Assembly: GCA_964188305.1 (NCBI GenBank)
Contig: OZ076892.1
Length of the DNA: 64,000 bases
DNA from: Podarcis bocagei
Taxonomy: Eukaryota
Direction: 5' to 3' (one strand)
In this document: piece by piece, positions 51,800 through 64,000 of the stretch
Layout: each line of letters opens with the position of its first letter
Position numbering within the stretch: the first letter of the stretch is position 1
Position numbers and translations under genes: made by a program
Notes under the pieces: model-generated
Databases searched by the model: none
The model's input: the letters and a program-made list of their open reading frames with translations, nothing else
Told to the model about the DNA's origin: nothing

Positions 51800-52690
51800 C
51801 GTGTATGACAGGGAAATACCTCTGATGGTTGCACAATCTCTGATGGAGCAGGTACACAGTCTGGGGGTGCTCCTAGATCCAGCTTTGTCACTGCAGATGA
51901 CCTCAGGGGCTAGGAATGCCTTCTACCAGCTTCAGTTAGTATGACAGGTGTGGCAATTTCTGGATCAAGATAGCTTTACCGCAATAGTCCAGGCATTGGT
52001 AACATCAGGATCATTGCAATGCATTTTATCTGGGTCCTCCCTTGTGGCTGGTCCGGAAACTACAGTTAGTGTACAGTCTTGTCAACATACTCTGCTAAAG
52101 GCATGTACCATACACGCCAACATTTCTCCAGTGAAAATAGGGACGTTTTAAGGAAAAGTGGGACATTCCAGGATCAAACCAGAAACCAGGATGGCTTCTC
52201 TAAATCAGGGACATCCCTGGAAAATAGGGACACTTGGAGGATCTGCCGTATTGGCTACCAATTTGTTAACAAGTCCAGTTCAGGATTTTACGGTTAGCAT
52301 ATACAGGACTTTAAAAGTTTGGGACTGGTTTGCTTGAAGGATTGCTTCACCCCATACTTGGTGACTTGACCAGTTCAATGGGCCGAACTTGCATTTTTAC
52401 AGTGTAATGTCTGTGACACATCTCTGAGGTGTGGATCTTATACTGTGGCAACACTTTGGAACTCACTGCTATAAACATTAGACAGGCGCCCTCACTATAA
52501 AGTTTTAGATGCCTGTGAAATACTTCTTTATTTCAGCAACCCTACCCAGATGTATAATTTAATTATGTATAATTGCTGTTATTTTTCATCGTTTTATGTG
52601 TTTATTATTGAGAATTATCTTCTGTACACTGCTTGCATATTTCTCTGATTAAGCAGTTTATAATTTTTCCCTAAAGAAATAAATCACATT
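51800..52690 (+). mobile_element. Degraded L2 LINE 3' part with a MITE insertion (about 52109-52245)
   Basis: EQVHSLGVLLDPALSL..SGARNAFYQLQLV; AIVQALVTS. Confidence 0.8.
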
Positions 52691-52803
52691 TTAAAATGTG
52701 AATCATCTTGTGTACTTTTTTTAATAAAAAAAAACCAAAGATGGTATGGATTTATTTATAAACACATGCAACAGTGAAATGAAGCGCTCTATTAAACTTA
52801 TAT

Positions 52804-53080
52804 TAGGGATGGAGAATAATTTCATTCTGTCTGCATTTTTAAGGGAACTGACCTAATTCATGCCTTCTGGACACACACACATTTTGGAACATAATTGTCT
52901 TCTGGATTTTGCACTTCCACGAATGTTGCATTGTAGCACTCAGCTCAAAGAGCACACCAAAAATACGTACTTTAAGGAGTTAGGTTTCCATACAAAAAAA
53001 CACCCCATAGATTAATGTGGAAATGGGACATTATAAATAAGCCTGTAAAAAACTGACATGGACTCATCCATTCATCCCTA
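52804..53080. mobile_element. Non-autonomous hAT element
   Basis: TAGGGATG...CATCCCTA TIRs; TSD acttatat/gtttatat. Confidence 0.75.
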
Positions 53081-53388
53081 GTTTATATTGAAAAAAGGCA
53101 AAAAGAAAGTAAATGAACTATTGTTGGAAATTTAAAGAAATTGTTCTTCATGCGGTCTTCTGTTCTATAGCGCTTTTAAACAACTTCTGATCGGATCAGA
53201 ATGAAGAGTGTGGTATGTTTTTGGCCCAGTATAAAGTTGAACAGGTTGGCACTTTGAGGAGCTCCACTTGTTAAAATTGAAAAGGAACACAAAATGTTGT
53301 CTTATACCAAGTCAGACTCATTGGTCCATCCAGCTCAGAATTGTCAATACTGACTGCTCCTAATGTTCAACTGAAACACATCCTCCCA

Positions 53389-53470
53389 TATTGTATTGTA
53401 TTGTATTGTATTGTATTGTATTGTATTGTATTGTATTGTATTGTATTGTATTGTATTGTATTGTATTGTA
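53389..53470. repeat. (TATTG)n microsatellite
   Basis: About 16 perfect units. Confidence 0.97.
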
Positions 53471-55050
53471 ATATCTAGTTCTGCCCTTTTTGTCAACAGA
53501 AAACACATCTTTGCACCCCTTTAATTCCTGGGGTTCAGGCAGAAGGAGTTCCGCGATAAGCACTCTCATGCAAAGATGCTTGCATCTTCCTGCCATGTGA
53601 TAATACGAGGTGTAGACATGGAATAGAATGTGAAGTATAATATGTCATCAGTTAGCCTCCCCACCCCCACCAAAAACACAACAGCAATATTTGGAAGGAA
53701 AGTAGCCTTCCTAAAGTCAAGAGAAGGTTGCACCAACCTCACAGCACAGACAGAATTCCATTCAAAGTGAAAAAGGCAGCACAGAAAATTGTGTTGATAT
53801 ACACTGCAGTGGGCTTCAATCACTAAGGTTCAACAGACAGACAAAAAGAGATTTCTTTTGATCAATATATTTTTTTCACCCCACAAATTCGCATCAACTC
53901 CCTAATGCACAAACCCGAAGGAGAAAAATCTCAAAGAAGTGAGATTCAATCTACTCCAAATTGTTTCAGTTTTCATCCAAGCAGATTCATTTTCTTTCTC
54001 CTTTTTTTTTAATATAAAAAAGCTTGAAAGTCTGGGTAAGGGGGAAAAACACACCATCTCCTTACAATATGGTACAGAAAGATTGCAGACTGAATTGCCA
54101 AAGTGAGACTGAATTGTCAAAATGAGTTACCATTATACCAGTGCACATGCATACCGTGTAAATGTTATGGCGGATTTTGGAAGTTGCTTGTGCTGTTAAG
54201 TCTGAAAGGGTCTTTGGGGAGGCTTGAGCAGCTGGGAATCCCACCCAACAACAAGCCCTCACAACAGTTCTAAGGCACTGAAATTCACATTCTTCACATC
54301 CAGAATATTGCAAAACAAGCACAGAATCACATTCCTGGTGCAGCCTTTCGCTGTAAAGGGAGGAACACAAGGAATGGATTGTGTTCTGAATCATTGGTGG
54401 GCAGACTTCAGGCTTGCATGATCCTTCATCTCTATAAGCAGCTTTTGGCAACATTTCCATGTTATTTGAAGGGGATGGAGATGGAACTATACATGCATAG
54501 AGGTAAGTCTTTACAGGGCACTGAAGTTTCCCCTATAGCTTGCTGGAAAACTCCCCACAAAACCATTGCTCATTTCCAGATATTTCAGAAGATACAGCTC
54601 TTGCATTTCAAAATCTACTCCACCGGAAGGACTGCAAACTTGGGCCCAGGGGGTATTAAATTAAAACCAATATATTTATGCTGTTTCTTTTTTCCACTGC
54701 ACCCGTTGTTGTGCACACAAAATGATACTATGAACACACAAAATAGCTAACCATCGGTAGAAATACCTGAAGTATTCAGTATTGGACTACAACTCCCATC
54801 ATTGCTGACCACTGGCCATGTTGGCTGAGGCTGATGGGAGCTGGAGTCCAAGGACATCCGGAAGGCACTATGTGGGCTATGCCCGCAATTGAGTGTAGTG
54901 CCGGCCAACAACATTTTCTGCCTGAAGCAGAGACAATATGACCTACTCCACCATCACCCCTTTGCTGAAGGCAGCACATTCCAAAAGTGTTGCTGCTGCA
55001 CCATTCAGGTACCAGTTGCTGTCTTCATCTACCCACCCAACCCTTTCCCC

Positions 55051-55097
<47 letters not shown>

Positions 55098-55940
55098 CAT
55101 GTAGACAAGTTGTTTCATCATTCTGTATGGAAAAAGCCAGCCCAGGTCAATAGAATGGGGCCAGGTAAGAAACTTAGATGCTGCCCCAAGAGATCTAAAT
55201 GGCCAATCCACTTGCTCTATGGATCATTGGCTTATTAAGTCTGTTCATCTTCTTAATACAATCACACCGCATGGGTTGAATACATGCTGTTTTCTTGTAG
55301 TACCTCTTTTAAGAAACCCTCAGTGTTTCACAGTCCCTACTCATAAATGTCCACTAGTGGGCTTCCTCTGTGCTCTGCTAGCCAGCACACAGCTGTCGCC
55401 TCTACTGGTATCCCATGTGGTGCCCTGACTTCACAGGGTGAGTCAGGCTGCTCATGGTCCAGAAAAGTTTACACTATATTGTTTGGCTCGGGTTGCTACC
55501 ATTTTCTTTTATATTGTCAGCTGAAGGAGTAGGATCTATTCAAAACTGGGATCACCGGGCTGCAGTCCTGTTTGCTACAGCCACTCCACCGCTCCCAAGA
55601 ATTCCCTTGAGTCAGAGATAATGAAAATATATCATTAATTAGGATACTGTACTTATTTTGATGGTTCCAGAGCACCGCTTGCATGTACTGTATGCCTTGT
55701 AATAGCGGGTACATTGTAATGAATACATTCGTTGTACTTTGCTTGCCATATATTGTGTCTTTGCATGCTGGCCTGAACCCCTGTTTTTTTCTATGTGTGA
55801 ATCATTAGGGCACAAAGATGGAGGGGGAAAAGAGAGGAGCCCACTTAGGTTTCAAGAGACGGGCAAGAGCACTAAATCGCGATAAGCCAAAGCCAGGAGT
55901 TGTACCCATTGCCATTCATACTCAAGAGTACATCTACTAA

Positions 55941-56285
55941 GGGTGGCGCTGTGGGTTAAACCACAGAGCCTAAGACTTGCTGATCAGAAGGTCGGTGGTT
56001 CGAATCCCTGCCATGGGGTGAGCTCCCGTTGCTCAATCCCTGCTCCTGCCAACCTAGCAGTTCGAAAGCACGTCAAAGTGCAAGTAGATAAATAGGTACC
56101 GCTCTGGCGGGAAGGTAAATGGCGTTTCCGTGCGCTGCTCCGGTTCGCCAGAAGCGGCTTAGTCATGCTGGCCACATGGCCCGGAAGCTGTACGCTGGCT
56201 CCCTCGGCCAATAAAGCGAGATGAGCGCCGCAACCCCAGAGTCGGTCACGACTGGACCTAATGGTCAGGGGTCCTTTTACCTTTT
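55941..56285 (+). mobile_element. Sauria SINE within a palindromic MITE
   Basis: Full head, core and tail; flanked by gttgtaccc...ggatacaac arms. Confidence 0.92.
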
Positions 56286-57156
56286 TAACTTGAGCCCAAT
56301 GATTTCAATGCATCTACTCTGAGCAGGACTTAGTTGGATACAACCCCAAGTTTTGCACCTCAGATTTTGAACCTTGCACGCTGCTCCACTCCCTAGTGAT
56401 CAATGCCACATTGTATTTCATTGCCAGACGTGTGTGGTGTATTTTAAAAAAAAGAAAAGAAACAACAGCAAAAACAATGCAATTCATTGTCACAGAGACT
56501 TTAATTTGCTAAGCACAGATGGATATTGATTTTCCATCATAAGCTATTTAGAAGCAAATTGTTGCAAGCTTCAACAGCAACCCCTCCATCTTTCAAGTTG
56601 GTTACAGATAAATTACACACGCACATATATTTTGAAAAGCAGCAATAACCATAAGGCGTGTGATTAAAAAGGCAGCCTGTGAACTAACCCTCAGTAGCAT
56701 TCTGATACTCTCGGCTTCATTTAACATACGGCGATTAAAAAGCCCCACTTCCCAGAGAGAAAACACATCAGCAGTACATTAGAGAGCCTGATTTGCACAA
56801 GCAGCAGGTCACATGGCACTATAGCTATTTCTGGACCGTACCACATTAAGAGTAGAGCTCAGCTGAAATTTCTCAGAAGTTTTTTTCTGTAATTTTTCTT
56901 TCTCTCCCCCACCTCCGCCCATTACCCTCAGAAAAAAAGTCATTTTCCAGAATTATCTGCATGTTCAACCTCTAGCATCTCTACATAGGACTGGGAGAGA
57001 AACTCCTGTCTGGAGAGTCACTGTCAGTCAACGTGGAGTGTCCTGAGGTAGATGAAGCAATGGTCCAACTTGACATAAGACTGTTTGCACACAGTTCTAA
57101 TAAGACCAGAGCTAAGGGAGTTATAGGACTGGAACACTTCCCCATAAACAAAACTA

Positions 57157-57506
57157 AAGGTAAAGGGACCCCTGACCATTAGGTCCAGTCGTGGCCGACT
57201 CTGGGGCTGTGGCACTCATCTCGCTTTATTGGCCGAGGGAGCCAGCGTACAGCTTCCGGGTCATGTGGCCAGCATGACTAAGCTGCTTCTGGCGAACCAG
57301 AGCAGCACACGGAAACGCCGTTTACCTTCCCGCCGGAGCGGTACCTATTTATCTACTTGCACTTTGATGTGCTTTCAAACTGCTAGGTTGGCAGGAGCAG
57401 GGACTGAGCAACAGGAGCTCACCCTGTCGCGGGGATTCTAACCGCTGACCTTCTGATAGGCAAGTCCTAGGCTCTGTGGTTTAACCCACAGCGCCACCCA
57501 CATCCC
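57157..57506 (-). mobile_element. Sauria SINE
   Basis: Full length; 13-bp TSD ATAAACAAAACTA. Confidence 0.93.
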
Positions 57507-58434
57507 TATAAACAAAACTAGTTGCCACCTATTTCAGGTCCTAGCAATAACTAAAATCCCTAAACAACTTAAAGTTTGGCAAAGATTATTGGGTAAATTC
57601 ATTCATAGGGGAAAGAAAGCTCAGGTATGCAGCATAATATTATATAATAATGGCAACAAGGGAGGTCTGGGAGTGCCCCATTGGCTTACACATTCTAAAG
57701 GCATTCCAAGTCAGGAACTTGGTGTCTTTGATTCAAGATCCAGAAGGAAAACTGTGAATTGATATAAAATTGGAAGATCAGAAATTCAGGGTGTGGCCCT
57801 TTCTTGCTGTTGCCCCAAAATTAATTCGCAATGTGACAAAAAACCATTTTCACTTAGTACGTTGTTTGGCGAACAATATACAAGAAAGCCACTTCTCCGA
57901 TCTTCCTAATGATTCCACTTAGATATAGCCCAATGTTGGATGCAGCTGGAGATATGATGGACCAGGGTGGGTGGGAATAAGCAGATCTTTATAGAGGGCC
58001 ATTTTTATGTCAATGGCCCTCACAAGTCTAGACCAGGGTTGATTCCACCAGGATCAGCTGTGTGATTTGCTGGGGGGAGGCAATACAGGAATGGGTGGTT
58101 TGAAAGCAGCAACTCACAGATCCTAGTCTTTGCTCTTTCCACCCTTTCAGCTATGGGATAGCAATTATGAGGTAAGGTGGCACCTTTCAGAGGGGCAGTG
58201 TGACAGGGCAGCACAGAACTAGGCCTAGTTCTTACCAGGAGGAAGAGCATATTTGGGAGCTAGCTGGCTGGCTGGCTGATGGAAAGCGATTTTATGTAAT
58301 TGAAGAAGCAGATGTGGTTTTATGTCCACCCTGAAAGAAGCAGCTGTAGAAGAGAATAGCCTATGCTAATAAAAATAGAATTGGTCCTATAAAAAGGAAT
58401 TAGTTCCATGGGTGGCTAGTGGAGTCACCCGATG

Positions 58435-58760
58435 GAGCTGAATGTTGGAAGGAGAGGCAAAACAAAGGACCTTTTCATGTAACACCATAGCTGAACTACG
58501 GAATTTGCCCTCACAAGATGGCCAGCAACTTGAATGGGCTTGAAAGGGGGATTAGACAAAGTCATGGAGGATAAGCCTATCAATGGCTCCTAGCTCAGGT
58601 GGCTGCCTTGTACCTGGAGGATGGAACTGCAAATGGAAAGGGTTGTACTGAAGCCCTGGTTTTTGGGTTTCCTAGCAACATCTAGCTGACAACTGTGAGA
58701 AAAGGATGTTGAACTAGGTGGGTCTTTCGCCTCAAGCAGAAGGTCTCGTCTTATGTTCTT
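58435..58760 (+). mobile_element. Old CR1 3' remnant
   Basis: ggattagacaaagtcatggaggataagcctatcaatggct...tcttatgttctta tail. Confidence 0.7.
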
Positions 58761-59489
58761 AAGGGATATCCAGACAACAGCAAGGGAGAGACAAACGGCG
58801 AGGATGTACTCTCTTGCCAGGGAGGTTGAAGGATTTGTTTCTGCTTGATTGCTATTGCTATTGCTCCTGTCAAAAAGTTCCCCCGCCCCCAGCTCCTGTT
58901 GTGTTGAAGAGAGGAAGCGCAATAAACCAGGCTGTTTGTAATTTCTGGCTGGTTTTGAGTCCAGCATAACTGCAGGTCGGGTCGCCGCATTCCAATACAG
59001 AAGATATTCAAAATACCTGTTATAATATAATTCTTGACATGACAACGTCTAATTGGACGTTCAGTATAGTGGGGCTCGCACCCAGGTGAGTAGGGAGAGG
59101 ATTGCAGCTTAAATCTCCTAACATTATAAGGAAAGACACGCAGTTAGTTCTCTACCCAAGTGCCTAAAGGGAACTTCTGGTGTTCTGGCCAAATAGTTCA
59201 GAGGTATTGGAATAAGTGGCAGCCACCCCACCACCCCGAAATTAGTCTTATTAAATATAATTAGGAAGGGGGCCACATTGAACAGATGGGACTTTTTCCC
59301 AAAGAAACATGCGTAGGATTGCATTACTAAATATTTTAAACTATCATGTCCTACTTGCAGGCTTACCAAAGACATCTGCTTGGCCACTGTGACAACAGAA
59401 GGGGTGGCCTGGATAGGTCCTTGGTCTGATCCAGTAGCAGGCTCTCCTTACGTTCTTAAAACGCAATTAATACTTGACTACATTAGGCT

Positions 59490-59646
59490 TTCCATGCGCT
59501 GCTCTGGTTCGCCAGAAGCGGCTTAGTCATGCTGGCCACATGACCCGGAAGCTGTACGCCGGCTCCCTCAGCCAGTAAAGCGAGATGAGCGCCGCAACCC
59601 CAGAGTCAGCCAAGACTGGACCTAATGGTCAGGGGTCCTTTACCAT
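59490..59646 (+). mobile_element. Sauria SINE 3' half
   Basis: 5'-truncated; 11-bp TSD TACATTAGGCT. Confidence 0.9.
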
Positions 59647-59668
59647 TACATTAGGCTACATTTATTTA

Positions 59669-59787
59669 AACAGCATGAATTTGATCAAACTGCGGGAGGC
59701 AGTGGAGGACAGAAGTGCCTGGCGTGCTCTGGTCCATGGGGTCACGAAGAGTCGGACATGACTAAACGACTAAACAACAACACAACA
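59669..59787 (+). mobile_element. BovB extreme 3' fragment
   Basis: ggtccatggggtcacgaagagtcggac...(CAA)n; 11-bp TSD ACATTTATTTA. Confidence 0.9.
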
Positions 59788-59823
59788 ACATTTATTTAGT
59801 TCCTGTTGTTTTTCATTAGCATA

Positions 59824-60016
59824 GGTAATGTTTACCTTCCCACCAGAGCGGTACCTATTTATCTACTTGCACTTTGACGTGCTTTCGAACTGCTAGGTTG
59901 GCAGGAGCAGGGACCGAGCAACGGGAGCTCACCCCGTTGCGGGGATTCGAACCGCCGACCTTCTGATCAGCAAGTCCTAGGCTCTGTGGTTTAACCCACA
60001 GCACCACCCACATCCC
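59824..60016 (-). mobile_element. Sauria SINE 5' half
   Basis: Head to gggaaggtaaac; imperfect TSD (t)ttttcattagcata / tcttgcattagcata. Confidence 0.9.
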
Positions 60017-62989
60017 TTCTTGCATTAGCATACTTGCACTCAAACTTTTTCCCACAGGTCCCTCACCACAATCTCTCTGGACTGTCTGCCATGGTGGCTT
60101 CTCCTTTAGGGGGTGATGCTGACATCTTTTACTTTGGATCCCAGGAGTTCAAACCTTGCATGCTCACACATACAGACTACAGACTACTCACCCACCCACT
60201 CCCCCCAAAAAACCTTGCATGCACACACACACACACACAAACTGCACAGAGATCAGCAATTAATTCACACTTGAAAAACAACTCTACAAAGTAAGGCAAC
60301 GCACTGCCCCCAAATCACTTCACTGGTCTACTTGGAAAAAGAGCCGCCAGTGCTTGCTTGCTGTCAAGGGGCCAATTAAATTTGCACGATCTCCTCCAAT
60401 CTTGCTTCCCCTAAAAAACGCTCCCTTTATACACACTGAGCAACTTTGCTCCCAGTAGTGAGAAATAAGTTCAAAGATCTTGCAGCAACAGTCCTTATTT
60501 GATGTAATTAGAGTTCTCAATTTCTTTATATTCCACCCACCCCCTTCGTCTCTAGAGAAGAAGCATACATTTGTTTTTGTTGTTGTTGTTGTTTTTATAA
60601 TAATAATAAAAAAGACACTCCAGGGTATGTTTACCATCTCTGGAATAAACCCCCCAGCATTGCAGCATGACACTAAAAGAGATACTGCATGAACAGATGA
60701 ACAGATTGCAATTCCTATTAAAGATGAATGACCCTCCTTAAGTGAAGTCGCTGCTGAAGACACATAACACGGTTCAGGGATTGTAAACACTGCATAGATT
60801 TTCATCTTCATTATAGCTGGCTTTCCAATTTGGGCATGTCTTTGCATCCACAACCAAACGAGCAGTAAGTATATGGAAGCTTTTGTCAGAGTTTGCCTCC
60901 AGATACGAAGGTTGGTGAAGAGATTGAGCAATGAACCTTCAGGTCCCCAGTTTGAATCTAGCTCTGTTGTGTGACCTCAGGCGAAGGGCCAGCCACAAAC
61001 AACTTGCTGCCTGAGGAGAAGGATCTGGCACACAATAGGGGTGGGGAAGAAACGCCGTCCAGTCCACATTTAAAAGAGAATATACTCAATCCACACTTTC
61101 TGAAACAGTATGAGAACCAAAACACAGCCTTCCTTCGAAACTCGTACTTCTCTGAAGTTTTCAATGCTGTTCTCTCAAACCAAGTAACATGTACAAAAAA
61201 ACCCCAAACATATACTTCGTTAAAGTGTGCATAAAAAACACATGGGTTGGTGATAAAAATAACATACAAAAGATGCATTATATTGGAGGCAATTGCTTGT
61301 GAAACTCTGTGTACTGGATATGAACACAAATATTAGAAGGAATTTGTGTGAAAATGCTGGCAAATGTTCATGAGGACTATATAAAAAAAGAGTTTGCAGC
61401 GTTAAAAAACACACAAACTGATGTGTAGTTGTGGAAAACTGAACTTTGAAAAAGTGTGAAGCTGAGAACTTTGCCAGGTTCACCCATATTTACACAAGGG
61501 AAAGGTAAAGAGACATCCCCTGTTCCATGGTCAGAAAATGACCGGACTTAGCAGTTGACTCTTCCTTCAACACCAAGGGATCAGACAGCATCCTCTACAG
61601 TACCTGGGGACAGGTGACTAAATTTTGGGACATTGGGTAAGTCATGTGGAAGACACAGCTACGTCCCCTGAACACCTTCTTGCTTACTCACCGCTCTGCC
61701 TGGCGCCTGATCACTGACCTCTCAAGCAAATACTGCAATGCAGCAGTGGCAGCTCATGTGTCATGTGAGCAGAGCAATGCATAAGCACACATAATGCCTG
61801 CTGGGTCGCTTGTCTCTCTGCCTGCTCGCTCACTCAAGGGCCTTTCCCCTCGGTACTGTCGGCGACATGTTGGGAGAAGGCAATTAGGCAAACACAGCCA
61901 GCCAAGCCAGGCGAGCAACGATCAAGCACTGCTGCCTGTGGACAGGAGAATGGGGATGGCAAAGGGATGTCAGGGGCTGCACCGCCGCTCACCCAGCCAT
62001 CCAGCACCCATCGCAAGAGGCAGCTGCCTCGTTCTGCCTAGCGGCTGGGCTAGCCCGCTCAGACAATCCATTCTCTCTTGGCCTTGGTGGCTCTCCATAG
62101 CCATCTGTAATATGGGGACAATAATGCTGTCCAACTTTCTATGGCGGTTGCAAGGATTAAAATATAATGCTTATAGGTTAAGAAGTGTGAAGGGAGTATG
62201 TACACCCTAGGTGAGCGTTAGCAGAAGGGATGGCGGATAAAACTGATCCAGTTTGTAGTTAAAGGAGAAATTTGCACTTTCTCCTGAGACTGGTCAGAAC
62301 CTGAGAGAGCTTCACTACAAAGCTTCCATCTTCAGACCAGAGACTCATCACACAGGGCAGCTGCCCACAGGTCCTGGGAGATGCCAAACCAAACTCCTTG
62401 CAAAGTGGAGGGAGCCCAAAAGCCACATCTGTTCCTGGCCTAGATCATGCAGAGGCACCTGCTTACCAGCCTGAGCAATGGCAGCCAGGTTTGTTGTTGT
62501 TTTCCAGGGCAATCCCAGGGATCCTGCTCTGCGAGTTTCTGCTGGAACCTTAACTTAATGTTTCATATAGTAGAGAGCTTGGCTCAGTTCCTGCTGGACC
62601 ACAGTCAAAGCTTTCATCACCACCTAATGGCCTCCAAAATAGGAGATGGAAAGGCTGGGGAGTTCATGCAGATTAGGGAAGAAAAACAAATTGAAGAATT
62701 CAACGGATCACTGGCCCAAAAAGAGAAATTTTCTGCAGCGTACAGCTTGCTCCAAAGGATTAGAATCAAGCAGACTCCAATTCATCCTAGCTAATCATTT
62801 TAGCATCCCTCTCCACACATCTATCCCCTGCTAATCTGCCAAAATGCAAATCTCTCTCATTCTGTGCCTCTTCATTACCACTTGACTTTGGTATTTTCTG
62901 CTTGGTAACCCCGACACCAGTTTAAGTGTTTTGCTACCATTTCCTGTAGACTTAGGTTTATTACATATAATTTAGTGTGTGTGTGCGTG

Positions 62990-63038
<49 letters not shown>

Positions 63039-63335
63039 TGGTAAAGCATATGGGCCCGTTTCCCACAAGGAGAAAGAAGCTAATAAATCCAGGGCTCTCC
63101 TAAAAGAAGTTTCGAAAAATCAGGCCTGCTGCCGCCTAGATACAAACCTTACAGAGCGACCCACAGGACCGGTAGACCTTCACTGTCAAAATTATTGTTA
63201 TTCATTGCATGTGTTGGTCACAGTACACAATGAAAAATGGCACAAAGCAGCTTAACAACAGGACAGAATACAAAGAGGTAAAATCCATTCAAAGCTATTT
63301 TTTAAAATTAACTGGCAGTAACGGTGCCAAGTTAA

Positions 63336-63660
63336 GGGACATGGGTGGCGCTGTGGGTTAAACCACAGAGCCTAGGACTTGCCGATCAGAAGGTCAGCGG
63401 TTCGAATCCCTGTGATGGGGTGAGCTCCCGTTGCTCGGTCCCTGCTCCTGCCAACCTAGCAGTTTGAAAGCACATCAAAGTGCAAGTAGATAAATAGGTA
63501 CCACTCCAGCGGGAAGGTAAATGGAATTTGCCAGAAGCGGCTTAGTCATGCTGGCCACATGACCCGGAAGCTGTATGCTGGCTCCTTTGGCCAATAAAGT
63601 GAGATGAGCGCTGCAACCCCAGTGTCGGTCACGACTGGACCTAATGGTCCTACCTTTACC
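63336..63660 (+). mobile_element. Sauria SINE
   Basis: Full head; TSD taacggtgccaagt / taatggtgccaagt. Confidence 0.92.
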
Positions 63661-64000
63661 TAATGGTGCCAAGTGCCAAAAAGTGCAGTAAGGGTATACC
63701 TGTGCTCCAACAGTCCCTATCAGTCAGTAATAGGTGCAATTCTTTGGTCCCAATATCTTGGTCACCTGCTATTAGTAAAACTGGAAGGAAAGCACAGCAC
63801 AGCTACAGACATGGCGGGTACAGCTTTGTCCCTACAGTGCTATAGGTGCACGTGGTCTGTGGCTAGATCACAGGCAGTGGGGCATGCCTGTGAGCCAACC
63901 ACAGAGCACGGTACTCTAGGTATGGCTGCCTTACAGCCAGATCTTCTCTTTCGTATCACAGTCGCACAAAGGGGAAGGAGAGCTGCATAGAGGAGACCGA

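Noticed and set aside
60320-60931. 203-aa minus-strand ORF
   Set aside because: Runs through simple repeats, has a non-ATG start and no recognisable domain

Overview
Eukaryotic, repeat-rich vertebrate DNA. The SINE complement (Sauria/Squam1 and Squam2-like), BovB, CR1, L2 and Penelope indicate a squamate, most likely a lacertid lizard (inference from recalled family consensus). I found no confidently identifiable host-gene exon, so the window looks intronic or intergenic and most listed ORFs are spurious or TE-derived. Two things stand out. (1) A very young Penelope-like (GIY-YIG) insertion forms a near-perfect 2.4-kb palindrome at 22374-24744, sitting in a (TA)n tract. It has a minimal hammerhead ribozyme in each arm, a patchwork template-switch junction, and two different 3' ends both primed at GCAT|(AT)n. 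(2) An intronless, poly(A)-less internal fragment of SEC62 mRNA at 19777-20071 is bracketed by a perfect 19-bp target-site duplication with 3' microhomology, i.e. a tailless retrocopy. Also present: a young 5'-truncated CR1, several solo LTRs, many nested SINEs and MITEs, and three abutting BovB/Sauria insertions. All family names come from pattern recognition, not database searches.
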